In this document: piece after piece, positions 9,473 to 19,233 of the stretch
How the letters are laid out: every line of letters starts with the position of its first letter
Position numbering within the stretch: the first letter of the stretch is position 1
NCBI GenBank assembly: GCA_040879435.1
Contig: JBBDKG010000020.1
Coordinates: 12,410-57,956, forward strand
DNA length: 45,547 bases
Direction: 5' to 3'
Origin: Minisyncoccota bacterium
Lineage (GTDB): Bacteria; Patescibacteriota; Minisyncoccia; Phycocordibacterales; UBA918
The notes under the pieces: model-generated
What the model saw: the letters and a program-made list of their open reading frames with translations, nothing else
Database searches by the model: none
Told to the model about the DNA's origin: nothing
Position numbers and translations under genes: made by a program

Positions 9473-10201
9473 ATGTTCAGTTATATTTGGCACACATTCT
9501 TCTTTGATCCGGTATACAACGGACTGGTGTTCTTTATCGACGTGGTACCGGGCGGCGATGTCGGTGTTGCGATCGTCGGCATCACACTTTTGGTGAAGAT
9601 CATTCTCCTCCCGCTTTCGCTGAAGGCGGCACGGACACAACGTGTGATGCGCGAGCTCGACCCGAAGCTTCGTGAGATCAAGCAGAAGTTCAAGGACAAG
9701 CGTGAGGAACAGGCACGAGCGATGATGGCACTCTATAAGGAAGCAGGCCTCAACCCGTTTGCGAGCATCCTCCTTCTCTTCATCCAGATCCCGATCATCA
9801 TCAGTGTGTACCTCTCGGTCTATAGCGGCGGCGGCGTCCCCCTCCCCAATATCAATACTGAACTACTCTATTCGTTCGTGCCGAACCCAGAGACGGTGAA
9901 TATGATCTTTCTCGGTGCGGTGAACATCGCTGCAAAGAGTCTCCCGCTCGCGCTGCTTGCGGGTATCACCCAGTTCATCCATTCATGGCTTGCGATCCCG
10001 AAGCCGGAACCGCGTAAGGAGGGCGAAGCCCCGAGTCTGCAGGCCGATTTCGCCCGCAGTATGCAGCTCCAGATGCGGTACGTGATGCCGATCATTATCT
10101 TCGTGGTCGCATACACCATCTCAGCGGCGATCGCACTCTATTTCGTTGTGAGCAACCTCGCAATGATTGCGCAGGAGCTATTCCTTCGCCGCCATAAATA
10201 G
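9473..10201 (+). CDS. yidC: YidC/Oxa1 membrane protein insertase
   Basis: ITLLVKIILLPL...MMALYKEAGLNP...IQIPI...LYFVVSNL. Confidence 0.95.
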   Translation: MFSYIWHTFFFDPVYNGLVFFIDVVPGGDVGVAIVGITLLVKIILLPLSLKAARTQRVMRELDPKLREIKQKFKDKREEQARAMMALYKEAGLNPFASILLLFIQIPIIISVYLSVYSGGGVPLPNINTELLYSFVPNPETVNMIFLGAVNIAAKSLPLALLAGITQFIHSWLAIPKPEPRKEGEAPSLQADFARSMQLQMRYVMPIIIFVVAYTISAAIALYFVVSNLAMIAQELFLRRHK

Positions 10202-10204
10202 CGA

Positions 10205-11380
10205 TCACTCCTCAACCTCTAGTGATCCGATCCGATAGAGCCAGAGTGTGTTGTCCATCTTGTTCCTGAACGCAAGGTTCGTACCGAACCGGTCTGTCGC
10301 CGGGTCTATCACGTCAACCACCCTACCCATTTCATATTCAAAGTTCACATACGCGTCGGCCGTCACCGTGTTCGGTTCGATCCGCCACAACAGGTCGTTG
10401 GTTGTCTGCATACCCATATACCAGTCGCGCTGGAACGTGCGCTCGCGTTCACCGAAGTCCGCCCCGCACCAAAGTACATTCGGTTCCATAGCGTCGTAGG
10501 TACATTTTTCCGGTAGAAGCACGAGCGGCAGCGTGTCCGGTGGGTTCGTTGCGGTAGTGGTCGTTAGGATACCCTCCTTTGGCTCCACAGTAGTAACAAG
10601 GGCGTTGCCGCTCTCAGGCTCCACTACTGCACTCAAACCGTATGCTGTGTTCCCAACACGTACCAGTGTTCCTTGTGCGATCTCATACACACCACCCTTG
10701 AGAAACGGTGCGGGGTTCGTATATATAAATGTACGGGTCTTGCCCCATACGACGGTCACGTCGCTCAGTGGAATAGAGAAGAGCTGCCGGGTCGTATCAG
10801 TATTCCAGTTATAGGCATACCCCACCATACCGGCGTTGGTGGTACGGACATAGCGCAGTTCGTTCTCAGTGAACGAGAATTGTTTCGCGTCGGTGGGGAT
10901 CACAAGCTCTGCACCGTCTCCTTCACCCACCCGCTCCATAGCAGCGTTCGTGCCGGTGCCATATTCAGCGACCAGTACCACGTATGCCCCGTCCGGCGAG
11001 AAGACGGCGTCAGTGACTGCGGTAAAGGTCTTGTTCAGCAAACGAGTCTCCACACCGGTCGCAAGATCGATCGCATACACGTGGCCCGTCCCCTGCTCTG
11101 CATAGTGAATGATCTCGGTAGAGGTAGAAATAAATCCAAATCCAGCGACGGGACGTGTGGTCAGTTGAAGTACCTGCTTTGAACCAATATCGACTGTCTG
11201 CACTTCCTCAACCGGCTCTGTGACGATATCGCGTACGACTGATTCCTGGTTTCCGAATCGGAGGTCGGTCAGAACATCCTGGGTACTTTCGGGTACTCCC
11301 CAGAAGAGCAGGTACACCCACGTGAGAAAGACCGCAACGATCACGGTCCCAGCAAGTATAGTGAGCAACGTCCGCTTCAT
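10205..11380 (-). CDS. Membrane-anchored hypothetical protein (possible beta-propeller)
   Basis: N-terminal TM, beta-rich body with an AVFSPDG-type repeat. Confidence 0.7.
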   Translation of the reverse strand: MKRTLLTILAGTVIVAVFLTWVYLLFWGVPESTQDVLTDLRFGNQESVVRDIVTEPVEEVQTVDIGSKQVLQLTTRPVAGFGFISTSTEIIHYAEQGTGHVYAIDLATGVETRLLNKTFTAVTDAVFSPDGAYVVLVAEYGTGTNAAMERVGEGDGAELVIPTDAKQFSFTENELRYVRTTNAGMVGYAYNWNTDTTRQLFSIPLSDVTVVWGKTRTFIYTNPAPFLKGGVYEIAQGTLVRVGNTAYGLSAVVEPESGNALVTTVEPKEGILTTTTATNPPDTLPLVLLPEKCTYDAMEPNVLWCGADFGERERTFQRDWYMGMQTTNDLLWRIEPNTVTADAYVNFEYEMGRVVDVIDPATDRFGTNLAFRNKMDNTLWLYRIGSLEVEE

Positions 11381-11434
11381 AGACTAAGTATAGCAACGAG
11401 ACGGGACGTTCCGGCGCTTCTATGCACGGATAGG

Positions 11435-12070
11435 TTATGCGCCGGCATCATTAAAGATATTCTGTTGTTCCTCTTCATTCTGTTGCTCCGCTTCCTGTCG
11501 CTGTTGATCAGTCTGGTTTATCGCCGGTTTGCACGTGGCAACACCACCAACAAATGACGTATGTCCACCACCACCCCGGCAGTTCTGGTCGAAGATCCGG
11601 TTCTGCTGTCTGCTGTTCGTGTTCTCCAGAGTGTCACCGATCTCAGAACCAATGGTCGTGTCGTAATTTACCCCCACGTCGACAGCGGGTGCGTTCCGGA
11701 AGATGTCGAATTTTGTAAGTTCGGGGTTGATCTCATTTAGGATCGTGACCGCCCCAAGTATCAACAGGAGGCCGATGAGTGCGTTCCGGATGTCTCCCTT
11801 TGCCTCAGTCTTGTCGGTGACTATCTCCGAGAACATGTACTTGACACCAGCCATGATGATGCGCAGCACGGCAAGCGCTGACGCCACACCGATCGAAAGC
11901 GCGAACAGTGCGCTGATGTAGTCCTGCGTGCTGGCGTTCGCGTCAACGCCGGGTATACCGACGAGCGGTTTGAAGCCCCCGGTCTCCTGGGCAGCTGCGA
12001 TGAACGGGAGCGTGACCAGCATGACCAGTGCGATGAGAGCGATGTTGTGGGGTAGGTATTTCATGGTCAA
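11435..12070 (-). CDS. VirB2/TrbC-like pilin
   Basis: Signal peptide followed by two hydrophobic helices (IIMAGVKYM...AKGDIRNALIGLLL...INP) and a Cys-pair tail; pattern of T4SS-type pilins common in CPR. Confidence 0.75.
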   Translation of the reverse strand: MTMKYLPHNIALIALVMLVTLPFIAAAQETGGFKPLVGIPGVDANASTQDYISALFALSIGVASALAVLRIIMAGVKYMFSEIVTDKTEAKGDIRNALIGLLLILGAVTILNEINPELTKFDIFRNAPAVDVGVNYDTTIGSEIGDTLENTNSRQQNRIFDQNCRGGGGHTSFVGGVATCKPAINQTDQQRQEAEQQNEEEQQNIFNDAGA

Positions 12071-12747
12071 AACGTAAGCGAAAAACGATCCTTCACATAC
12101 TGGCCGAATGCAGAGCCGCTTCGAAGCGAGAACTCAATAAGGATCTGTCCCGATCCACCGGTTCTCCGCAGGGTAAGCATAAGCGGGTCGCCCTCCCCGC
12201 CCGTGTGACGGCTACCGTCGACACGCCACAGTAGTTCGTGTGGATCTGAAAGTATGTCAGCACTCATAAAGAACGGCTCGGCCCGTACATTCGTCTCGTC
12301 CCCCGTGAACAGGTGAGTGTCACCCACCGCAATCCGGGAGATACCACGCAGCAGGTTCTGTTCATAGAATGCGACCAATGGCTCGCTCTGCGAAACATAC
12401 TGCTCATCGTTCCCTACGTCCCTTCCTGCTGCATCACGGACGTCGACACGGATGAGGAAATCGTTTCCAAGCGGTGCCGGAAACTGAATCACCTGCCCTG
12501 TCTGGGGTAACAGGTTGCCGTTCAGTTCCCAACGGTAGGCGGCTTGTTCGGAGCCGGCCATTCCACTTACTGCCGCAATTGCGCGCACATCGCTACCGAC
12601 CGAGGGTTCATGTCTGCCTCGGTAGAACACCGGTGCGGTCGTGTCGGCCTCAATGATAATATCGACCCTGCTTTCAACGGTTTGGGCAAATACTCCGGCC
12701 GGAAGTACGAGAGAAAGAACGGAGAGTGATATAAGCAGTGGCTTCAT
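12067..12747 (-). CDS. Secreted hypothetical protein (Ig-like folds likely)
   Basis: Signal peptide; YRWELNG and LLWRVDG Ig/PKD-like strands; overlaps the pilin start by 4 nt. Confidence 0.7.
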   Translation of the reverse strand: MKPLLISLSVLSLVLPAGVFAQTVESRVDIIIEADTTAPVFYRGRHEPSVGSDVRAIAAVSGMAGSEQAAYRWELNGNLLPQTGQVIQFPAPLGNDFLIRVDVRDAAGRDVGNDEQYVSQSEPLVAFYEQNLLRGISRIAVGDTHLFTGDETNVRAEPFFMSADILSDPHELLWRVDGSRHTGGEGDPLMLTLRRTGGSGQILIEFSLRSGSAFGQYVKDRFSLTF

Positions 12748-12777
12748 TGTGTAAAGCATAGCACACCCGTTTTCAAC

Positions 12778-13536
12778 TTATTTATACGACCGGGTCACGA
12801 TCACGACCCATATACCAGTCCCCGGGATAAATGGAATAACGTGGAGGACCATGCAAAGGATCATTCCACCAAGCCGTATACTTCCACTGAAAACAGAGAT
12901 GTATCGAAGCGTGTATGTGGCAGCCGCCACCATCATTGAAACGAATCCGAAAGCGAGCACCACACCCATCCCTATATAAAAGAGCCCTTCTCCCGGTGAT
13001 ATGTAGTTAAGCAGCCCCCATGAGATCTGCTCCAAGAATCCTTCGTATGCAAGCGCAAGCAGGGCAAGAATGGCAAACGGAAGCTGCAGCCACAAATAAA
13101 ATGGAGTGTACCAGGAAAGAATTGCCGCTGATGCAGTTCCCACCTGAACCGTTTTAGTAAGCGACCGCACTTTTGATTGTAGTTGATTCTCTTGCGCGGA
13201 GTGGGTCAGTATCCGGTTTCGGAGTATGCGTGTCGCTTTTTCCCCGAGGTTGTCTCGATGAGGAATCGCCTGTTTGCGACGTGCGTGTGCTTTGGAGGTG
13301 CGTGCGGTCCCTTCGGTGCTATACCGTTCGGCATTCTGAACCCCGAGATTCTCATCGAAGGGTTGTGGTACGGTGCGCCCCGAGCGGGCGTAGGCGCTTG
13401 GGGTACGTGGTGAAGCGCTCGCCGTATGTCGAGCTGCATTCTGTACACTACCTTTCGCACTCCGCCGGGCAGCCGTCTTTGCGGCTGCACGTTTTCCAAC
13501 GATGCGTGCGCCTACTGCAATAAGTGGTGCGACCAT
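12778..13536 (-). CDS. Hypothetical membrane protein
   Basis: Basic low-complexity N-terminus plus 3-4 C-terminal TM helices. Confidence 0.7.
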   Translation of the reverse strand: MVAPLIAVGARIVGKRAAAKTAARRSAKGSVQNAARHTASASPRTPSAYARSGRTVPQPFDENLGVQNAERYSTEGTARTSKAHARRKQAIPHRDNLGEKATRILRNRILTHSAQENQLQSKVRSLTKTVQVGTASAAILSWYTPFYLWLQLPFAILALLALAYEGFLEQISWGLLNYISPGEGLFYIGMGVVLAFGFVSMMVAAATYTLRYISVFSGSIRLGGMILCMVLHVIPFIPGTGIWVVIVTRSYK

Positions 13537-13568
13537 GTATACAGCTTACCAAATCCAAGGCCAGAGAG

Positions 13569-15380
13569 TTATCCCTGCGCATCCTGCAGTTCCTTCCGCG
13601 CGTTCTGGATCTGAAGGATCTGTGACGGGTCGGAGGTGATGATTTGGTCCTCGGTGTATGATGCGATCACTTTGATCGCCACGTGCTTCATGCCGGCAAA
13701 GAAGATACCCTCCCCCACATTGGATTCAAGCAAGAGCATCTTCTCTTCGTCGGTCAGATTGAATGTGTCCTGAACGTTATCGATCGCGGTCGGCGACTGC
13801 TTCATAAGGAATTGAAGCGACGAGTTCGTGATCATCGGAATACCATACGGTGAGCGCAGGAAGTCACCCACGTCCTGTGTGATGGTGGCGAGGCCGAGAT
13901 AGTATTTACGTCCGCGCTTTGCAAGCGAGAAAAGGAACGAGGCGGTGTCCTCTGATTTCATCATCCACCACGCCTCGTCGATCACCAGCAACCGTTTCTG
14001 GAGACGGCGACGGATCATTGTCCAGATGTGGTTGGTGATGATATACATCGCGATCGTCTTGAGTTCGTCCTCCATGTCGCGGAGTGAGAAGACGATGAAC
14101 TTCTGCGAAAGATCGACGTTGGTCGCCTGATTCATGAATCCGGACCACGTCCCTGATGTATATTTCTGAAGTCGTGCGATCAGTGAGTCACTTCCCTCCA
14201 TGCCGGCAAGTACCATCTCAAAGTCGGAGAGAAGCGGGGATTCAAGTTCGGTGTAGTCGGTGTCCCCGGTGATATCCTTCAGTGCATACACTTCGTGGAG
14301 TGCCCTGTCCACAATGGTCTCCTCTTCCGGTGAGAGACCACCAAGCATGAGGCGGAAGAGACCGATGAGTTCGATGATGTGTGAACGCAAGAGGTCCTCA
14401 GGCGCTTCGTTCTCCATAGGCTTCGGGAGATCGAATGGATTGATATGATGGTCTGATGAGAGTGAGATGTTGAAGAACCGACCGCCGGTCGCTTCTGCGA
14501 GATACTCATATTCCCGTTCAGGGTCAATGACGATAACTTCGGTCCCGAACATGAGGGAGCGAAGGATCTCAAGTTTTGCAGCGTACGACTTGCCGGCGCC
14601 GGAGGTGGCAAAGGTCACCGAGTTGTAGTTGGTGAGCTGGAACCGGTCAAAGAGAACAAGTGACGAGTTGTGCCGGTTGACGCCGTAGAGGATGCCGTTG
14701 TCCGAGGTGAGGTCGAACGAGGTGAATGGAAAGAAACTTGAGAGCGGTGATGAGTTGAACTTGCTGTGGATCTGCAGTTCGTCGGTCATTGTCGGGAGTA
14801 CGCTCTTGAGCCCCTGCTCCTGCTGGAACAACGCCGGCTTCACATACACAAGTCGCGAGTCCAAGATACCCTTGATCTCTGATTCGGTCTTGTTCAGTAC
14901 GTCATCTGTTGCACCGTAGATCGCGAAGTAGAGACCGACGTTAAAGAGCTTCTCCTCTGCCTGCTGGAGTTTGTCGCGCAGCTCTTCAAGGTTTCGGTAC
15001 GCAGCCTCAAGTTGGGGGTCACGGACCATCCCCTTGTCGGCGTTGATATTGATCTGACTCTCCACCTCAGCGACCTTCTTCTGGAACTTCTTGAGCGTCT
15101 CGGCGGTGTCGATCGGGTGGACGACGATGGAGATATCCATCTCCCGTTCGAGGTTCAGGATCGGTTCAAGCCAGCCGTCGTTTAAGTACCGTGGGTATGA
15201 GACCGCAAAGAAGACACGTGCGTTCATACCGCTCATGTTCACACTCCGTGGATTGATGGAGACAGCCGACGGCGAGATCACGTCCTCAAGTGTCATGAGC
15301 GCTGTTTCGATATCGAGCGGCCGCTCGTGTGCGCCTGTCGATTCACCTTTATTCTGTTTTAGAAAATCAAATACCCCCAT
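13569..15380 (-). CDS. VirB4-like secretion ATPase
   Basis: Walker A ATSGAGKS, VIDPEREY, Walker B LLVIDEAW, KRGRKY, ITQDV. Confidence 0.92.
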   Translation of the reverse strand: MGVFDFLKQNKGESTGAHERPLDIETALMTLEDVISPSAVSINPRSVNMSGMNARVFFAVSYPRYLNDGWLEPILNLEREMDISIVVHPIDTAETLKKFQKKVAEVESQININADKGMVRDPQLEAAYRNLEELRDKLQQAEEKLFNVGLYFAIYGATDDVLNKTESEIKGILDSRLVYVKPALFQQEQGLKSVLPTMTDELQIHSKFNSSPLSSFFPFTSFDLTSDNGILYGVNRHNSSLVLFDRFQLTNYNSVTFATSGAGKSYAAKLEILRSLMFGTEVIVIDPEREYEYLAEATGGRFFNISLSSDHHINPFDLPKPMENEAPEDLLRSHIIELIGLFRLMLGGLSPEEETIVDRALHEVYALKDITGDTDYTELESPLLSDFEMVLAGMEGSDSLIARLQKYTSGTWSGFMNQATNVDLSQKFIVFSLRDMEDELKTIAMYIITNHIWTMIRRRLQKRLLVIDEAWWMMKSEDTASFLFSLAKRGRKYYLGLATITQDVGDFLRSPYGIPMITNSSLQFLMKQSPTAIDNVQDTFNLTDEEKMLLLESNVGEGIFFAGMKHVAIKVIASYTEDQIITSDPSQILQIQNARKELQDAQG

Positions 15381-15382
15381 AG

Positions 15383-16009
15383 CTACTGTGTTGTTGGTGC
15401 GGACGTCCCTACCTCTTGCGGGTTGAAGATGTGGTAATACAACTCCACAAGCTCCTCATTTTGCAACGGTACGGTTCGTACACCGATCCGGGAGAGTCCC
15501 TGCTCCACCAGCGTCACACGCTGCTCAAGCTGCAGTCGGTGCTCACTGAAGTTCGCTTCATCAAAGTATACCCGTTTTTTAACACCCAACAGATCGGTGA
15601 TGTTCGACTGGAGGTTCGCGGCGACGGGTGTATACGGGATGACAATGAAGAAGTTCTTCGCCATCACATCAACCTCCTCGGTGAATGTCTTTACGAACTG
15701 CATGTATTCCCGCAGCTGAATGCGCATCAGATCGTTATCCTGCTTTGCTTCGCGTCCCGCGAGCATATCGAGATACGGTTGGATGTTGAGGCGTCGTGAC
15801 TGGATATAGAATTGGATCGAGAAGTCGATGGTGTTCAGAAATGCCTGAAACTGTCGAAGTATCGCCTCCTGCTCATCGACCGATTTGAGTGCAAAGTTGA
15901 TCGAGGATGCGAGCAGTACCATATTCAACTGCCCGTTCTTCAATAGCACGACGTTGTCGCGAATGTCTTGTACGGGTACGAAATGTTGTGTTGAGCCGGT
16001 GGTTGCCAT
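15383..16009 (-). CDS. VirB4 N-terminal-like / TraC-like partner protein
   Basis: STQHFVPVQDIRDNVV...SSINFALKSVDEQEAI...ELYYHIFNP; between PrgI and VirB4. Confidence 0.7.
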   Translation of the reverse strand: MATTGSTQHFVPVQDIRDNVVLLKNGQLNMVLLASSINFALKSVDEQEAILRQFQAFLNTIDFSIQFYIQSRRLNIQPYLDMLAGREAKQDNDLMRIQLREYMQFVKTFTEEVDVMAKNFFIVIPYTPVAANLQSNITDLLGVKKRVYFDEANFSEHRLQLEQRVTLVEQGLSRIGVRTVPLQNEELVELYYHIFNPQEVGTSAPTTQ

Positions 16010-16017
16010 GATGAGTA

Positions 16018-16452
16018 CTAGATGTCGCTCGCGCCCTCGTCCCGCTGCATCGCCTCAAGCTCAAGCTTGCGTGAAAGCGACGAAAGATGTCCGTTGCCGG
16101 TTGGCGGTACGTATGCGCCGAGTTGCACCGGCGCATCTGCCTGCTGCGTATAGGCACCGGAGTAGATACCGGTCCCTTTTTTCTGCCAGAGATAGAGCCG
16201 CGAACCGCGAAAGTAGCGGAATACTGATTCGAGGAACACTGCAAACGGACGGTTGTTGACCGGATAGAACGCGAGCGCGAATGAGAGTCCTGCGACCGGC
16301 ATACCAAGCAATACGAACATGAAAAACGGCGTCAGGAAGAACAGGACCACACCGATCCCTACCCCACCGCCAATATAGACGAACTGTCGCCAGGTAAGCG
16401 GTCCGAAGATCTTGTCCTCTACCTCAATGAATTGCGGCACTTCAAAACGCAT
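16018..16452 (-). CDS. PrgI family (VirB3-like) protein
   Basis: MRFEVPQFIEVEDKIFGPLTWRQF, two TM segments, then RP. Confidence 0.88.
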   Translation of the reverse strand: MRFEVPQFIEVEDKIFGPLTWRQFVYIGGGVGIGVVLFFLTPFFMFVLLGMPVAGLSFALAFYPVNNRPFAVFLESVFRYFRGSRLYLWQKKGTGIYSGAYTQQADAPVQLGAYVPPTGNGHLSSLSRKLELEAMQRDEGASDI

Positions 16453-16553
16453 AGTGCATACAATAGGTATACGTCTCACTGCATCGCGGGACGCGTCCTA
16501 TCAGTTTATTATACGACACTTCCTCGTATCCGGACGTTGATAAGTGTCCCTGG

Positions 16554-17210
16554 CTACCCGTTCTCGTTGTCGGAATAACGCGGCGGTTCCACCACACGCT
16601 TCTCTTTCGTCTCGGGTGTATCCTTCGACTCTTCACGCCGTCGGTATGCACCGTACCCGTGAATGCGATTTGCATCACTCTGCATTGTGCGCAGTGGTGT
16701 AACCCGTTCAGCGAACGGGTCGGCCGGGGGTTCTTCAGGAGCAGGTGCAGATCGTTCGGCTGCCTTCACCTCAGGAACTGGTACCACACCCTGCTCCTCG
16801 TTCTGAGCTTCTTCTCCAGAGTCCTGCCCAGGGGGTGCCCCGGACCTTGTGGTGCGGAGTGGCACTCCTTCCAGATCATCAACCACAGTGCTTTCTGCCG
16901 GGTCTGCAGTTTCCAGTTGTCGGTACGGTGAACCAAGGAACTGTTTGATGTCGTGCGCAAGTCCATCTCGTTGAACTTCTGAAAGTCGCTGCTCTTTAGT
17001 TGCTCGGCCAAGGAAGTCGTCTACTGATAATAAGGAAAGGATGATATCGGACAGTTGGGCAATGAGTACCGGCTTAGCTTCTTCATCGAGCTGGTGTTTT
17101 GTTACCAGTGCCGATACATAGTCTGGTATTGTCTCAGAATCAAGAAGTGTACGCACCTCCGTGGGTGCTGTCTCATACGCTTTGATAAATGTTTCCCAGT
17201 CGCTATGCAT
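16554..17210 (-). CDS. Hypothetical protein
   Basis: 218-aa ORF closely coupled to the upstream VirB6-like gene; helical N-half, disordered C-half with an RTMQSD motif. Confidence 0.65.
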   Translation of the reverse strand: MHSDWETFIKAYETAPTEVRTLLDSETIPDYVSALVTKHQLDEEAKPVLIAQLSDIILSLLSVDDFLGRATKEQRLSEVQRDGLAHDIKQFLGSPYRQLETADPAESTVVDDLEGVPLRTTRSGAPPGQDSGEEAQNEEQGVVPVPEVKAAERSAPAPEEPPADPFAERVTPLRTMQSDANRIHGYGAYRRREESKDTPETKEKRVVEPPRYSDNENG

Positions 17211-17212
17211 AA

Positions 17213-19222
17213 CTATTGTATTTCAGTAAGGCCAAGACGCGGGCCAATTACGCTACGATTAACCCAATTTTTCCACTGTTTCGTGTATCCAGTACCATCT
17301 GGAGGACTGGCGTTCTTGTCTGCTGCAATTGCTGCGTCAATGTTGTCACGAATATCATCACGTTCTTGGCCACTCAGCCCACTCTTCATCTTTGCTTCTA
17401 CCATACCAGGGACGAGATGGTTGGCCATCGCAGGACTGGTGAACACCTCGACCGGCATCTTTGCAACCTCGTCCGTACCTTTTTGAGCAAGCCATTCAGG
17501 ACGACGCTCATCATTGTATGCCGAACCAGCTCCATCGTCCTCGTTAGCAATATCCTTGAAGCCGTCACCTCGTGCTTTTTTGATCTCAGCAAGTTGTGCA
17601 TCGGAGTACGCACCAGCCTTCTCCAATGCCTCAACATGCTTGTTCGTGAGGTGGACTGCAAAGGTCTTATTGGTAAGCTGATTGAATTCGAGACCTTCAG
17701 TGAGTTGTGTATCGGAAAGATTCTTCACAGCATCAGCAAGTTTCTTCATCGTAGGTGCGTCAACTGCTGTAGTGCCTGCGGGCAAATTGCCAGCCTCAGC
17801 GAGACCTTTTTGAATATCCTCTTCCCTGTCTTGCGCCGCCTTGTCTGCTGTAAGGCGTTTGCGCTGCTCTTTAGCATATTTCTGATCATCTTCGTGAGAG
17901 TATGATCCACCAAATTTCGTTTTCTGGCCTTTCTCAAGAGTGCCACGAACATTGCGGTCGCTTAGCGCACCGAACGAAAGTGCAGTGGCACCACGCCGGC
18001 TCCACTTCGCAAATTTTCCTTGTGAACGGGCTTCGCCGCGGTCATACTTTTCAAGTAGCCATCTTGAACCACGTCCAACCGTATTTCTACCAGCCCAACT
18101 CGAAACACTTCCTGACATCTTCTTGCCCAAACCTTGTCCTATGCTGATGGCGCGGTCTGCACCGAATGTTCCCATTTGCCGCGCCACCATCAACGATGCC
18201 CACAGAAATCCCATGATCACAAAGAAGTTCAGGAAGATTGATGTGAAACCGCCATCGGTAGAATTCGAGGTGAATGCAGCGGCGAATGACCCACCCGCAA
18301 CGTCATACTGCTGCAAGACGCGCAACGACAGGTAGATCATAAAGAGAAATGCTGGCGCCACAAAGGCATAGTTCAAGAACTCTTTCCACCACTTCGTCGA
18401 CCAGGATGAGAACCCAGGCATGATCCAGCCAAGGAACATGATCGGTGAGAAGATCATAAAGAGGATAAGCGCGATGAAGCGCGCGATGAGGAGAATGGAA
18501 CCGGCAAGGAATATGAAAGCGGCCACAAGCATGAAGACCATCATCAGGAAGGCGTAGGCGATGACCCTGCCGGACGGGAGCCACCCCGCATCCTCACTCA
18601 AGTCGTTCAGCAGAGCAGTATTCGGGTCTGCGTATGAAGAGAGTGACGAGTATTGCATGAAGGCGTCACTGATGCCGCGCAACTGCCCGCTGTTCGCTGA
18701 GCCGTCTGGCGTGACCTGGATCATGTTATAGATCTGGTACGCTGCGATGTTCGAAAAATCAATGATGGCCTTGGTGAAGTAGAGGCTGAAGTTAATGAGA
18801 AGCGCCGCGCCGATGAGGAATACGACCGCGCGTTGCGTGTTGCTGTCCCCAATGCCGAGAATGGTCCGAAAGCCGATGTATATGAGGCCGAAGATAAAGA
18901 GGATGTTGAAGATGTCGCGGATCACTATCCAGAGAGCATCGATCGTACCGCCGAGCGATGCGTTGTTGATCCAGTCCCCCATACCGATCACCAGGCTCGT
19001 GATGGTGATATCAAACAGTGTGCCAGCAAGCCAGAGAAATACGCCGCCAAGCGCGGTCGCAAACTTATACACAATACCTTCAACGATCCCGAGACTGAGT
19101 TGCACCTCCTGGGTTTGGGCATGTGTGGTGGAAGGTAGGGCAAAAACCAGTGCACAAACAGCAACGGTGATCGCACCGATCAGTATGAGCTGTCGTTTCT
19201 GTTTTCTGATCATATACTCCAT
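17213..19222 (-). CDS. VirB6/TrbL-like polytopic membrane protein with long soluble C-terminus
   Basis: WIVIRDIFN...ALLINFSLYFTKAIIDFSN, multiple TMs, Gly-rich and charged tail; start approximate. Confidence 0.75.
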   Translation of the reverse strand: MEYMIRKQKRQLILIGAITVAVCALVFALPSTTHAQTQEVQLSLGIVEGIVYKFATALGGVFLWLAGTLFDITITSLVIGMGDWINNASLGGTIDALWIVIRDIFNILFIFGLIYIGFRTILGIGDSNTQRAVVFLIGAALLINFSLYFTKAIIDFSNIAAYQIYNMIQVTPDGSANSGQLRGISDAFMQYSSLSSYADPNTALLNDLSEDAGWLPSGRVIAYAFLMMVFMLVAAFIFLAGSILLIARFIALILFMIFSPIMFLGWIMPGFSSWSTKWWKEFLNYAFVAPAFLFMIYLSLRVLQQYDVAGGSFAAAFTSNSTDGGFTSIFLNFFVIMGFLWASLMVARQMGTFGADRAISIGQGLGKKMSGSVSSWAGRNTVGRGSRWLLEKYDRGEARSQGKFAKWSRRGATALSFGALSDRNVRGTLEKGQKTKFGGSYSHEDDQKYAKEQRKRLTADKAAQDREEDIQKGLAEAGNLPAGTTAVDAPTMKKLADAVKNLSDTQLTEGLEFNQLTNKTFAVHLTNKHVEALEKAGAYSDAQLAEIKKARGDGFKDIANEDDGAGSAYNDERRPEWLAQKGTDEVAKMPVEVFTSPAMANHLVPGMVEAKMKSGLSGQERDDIRDNIDAAIAADKNASPPDGTGYTKQWKNWVNRSVIGPRLGLTEIQ

Positions 19223-19233
19223 AACAAAACGGG

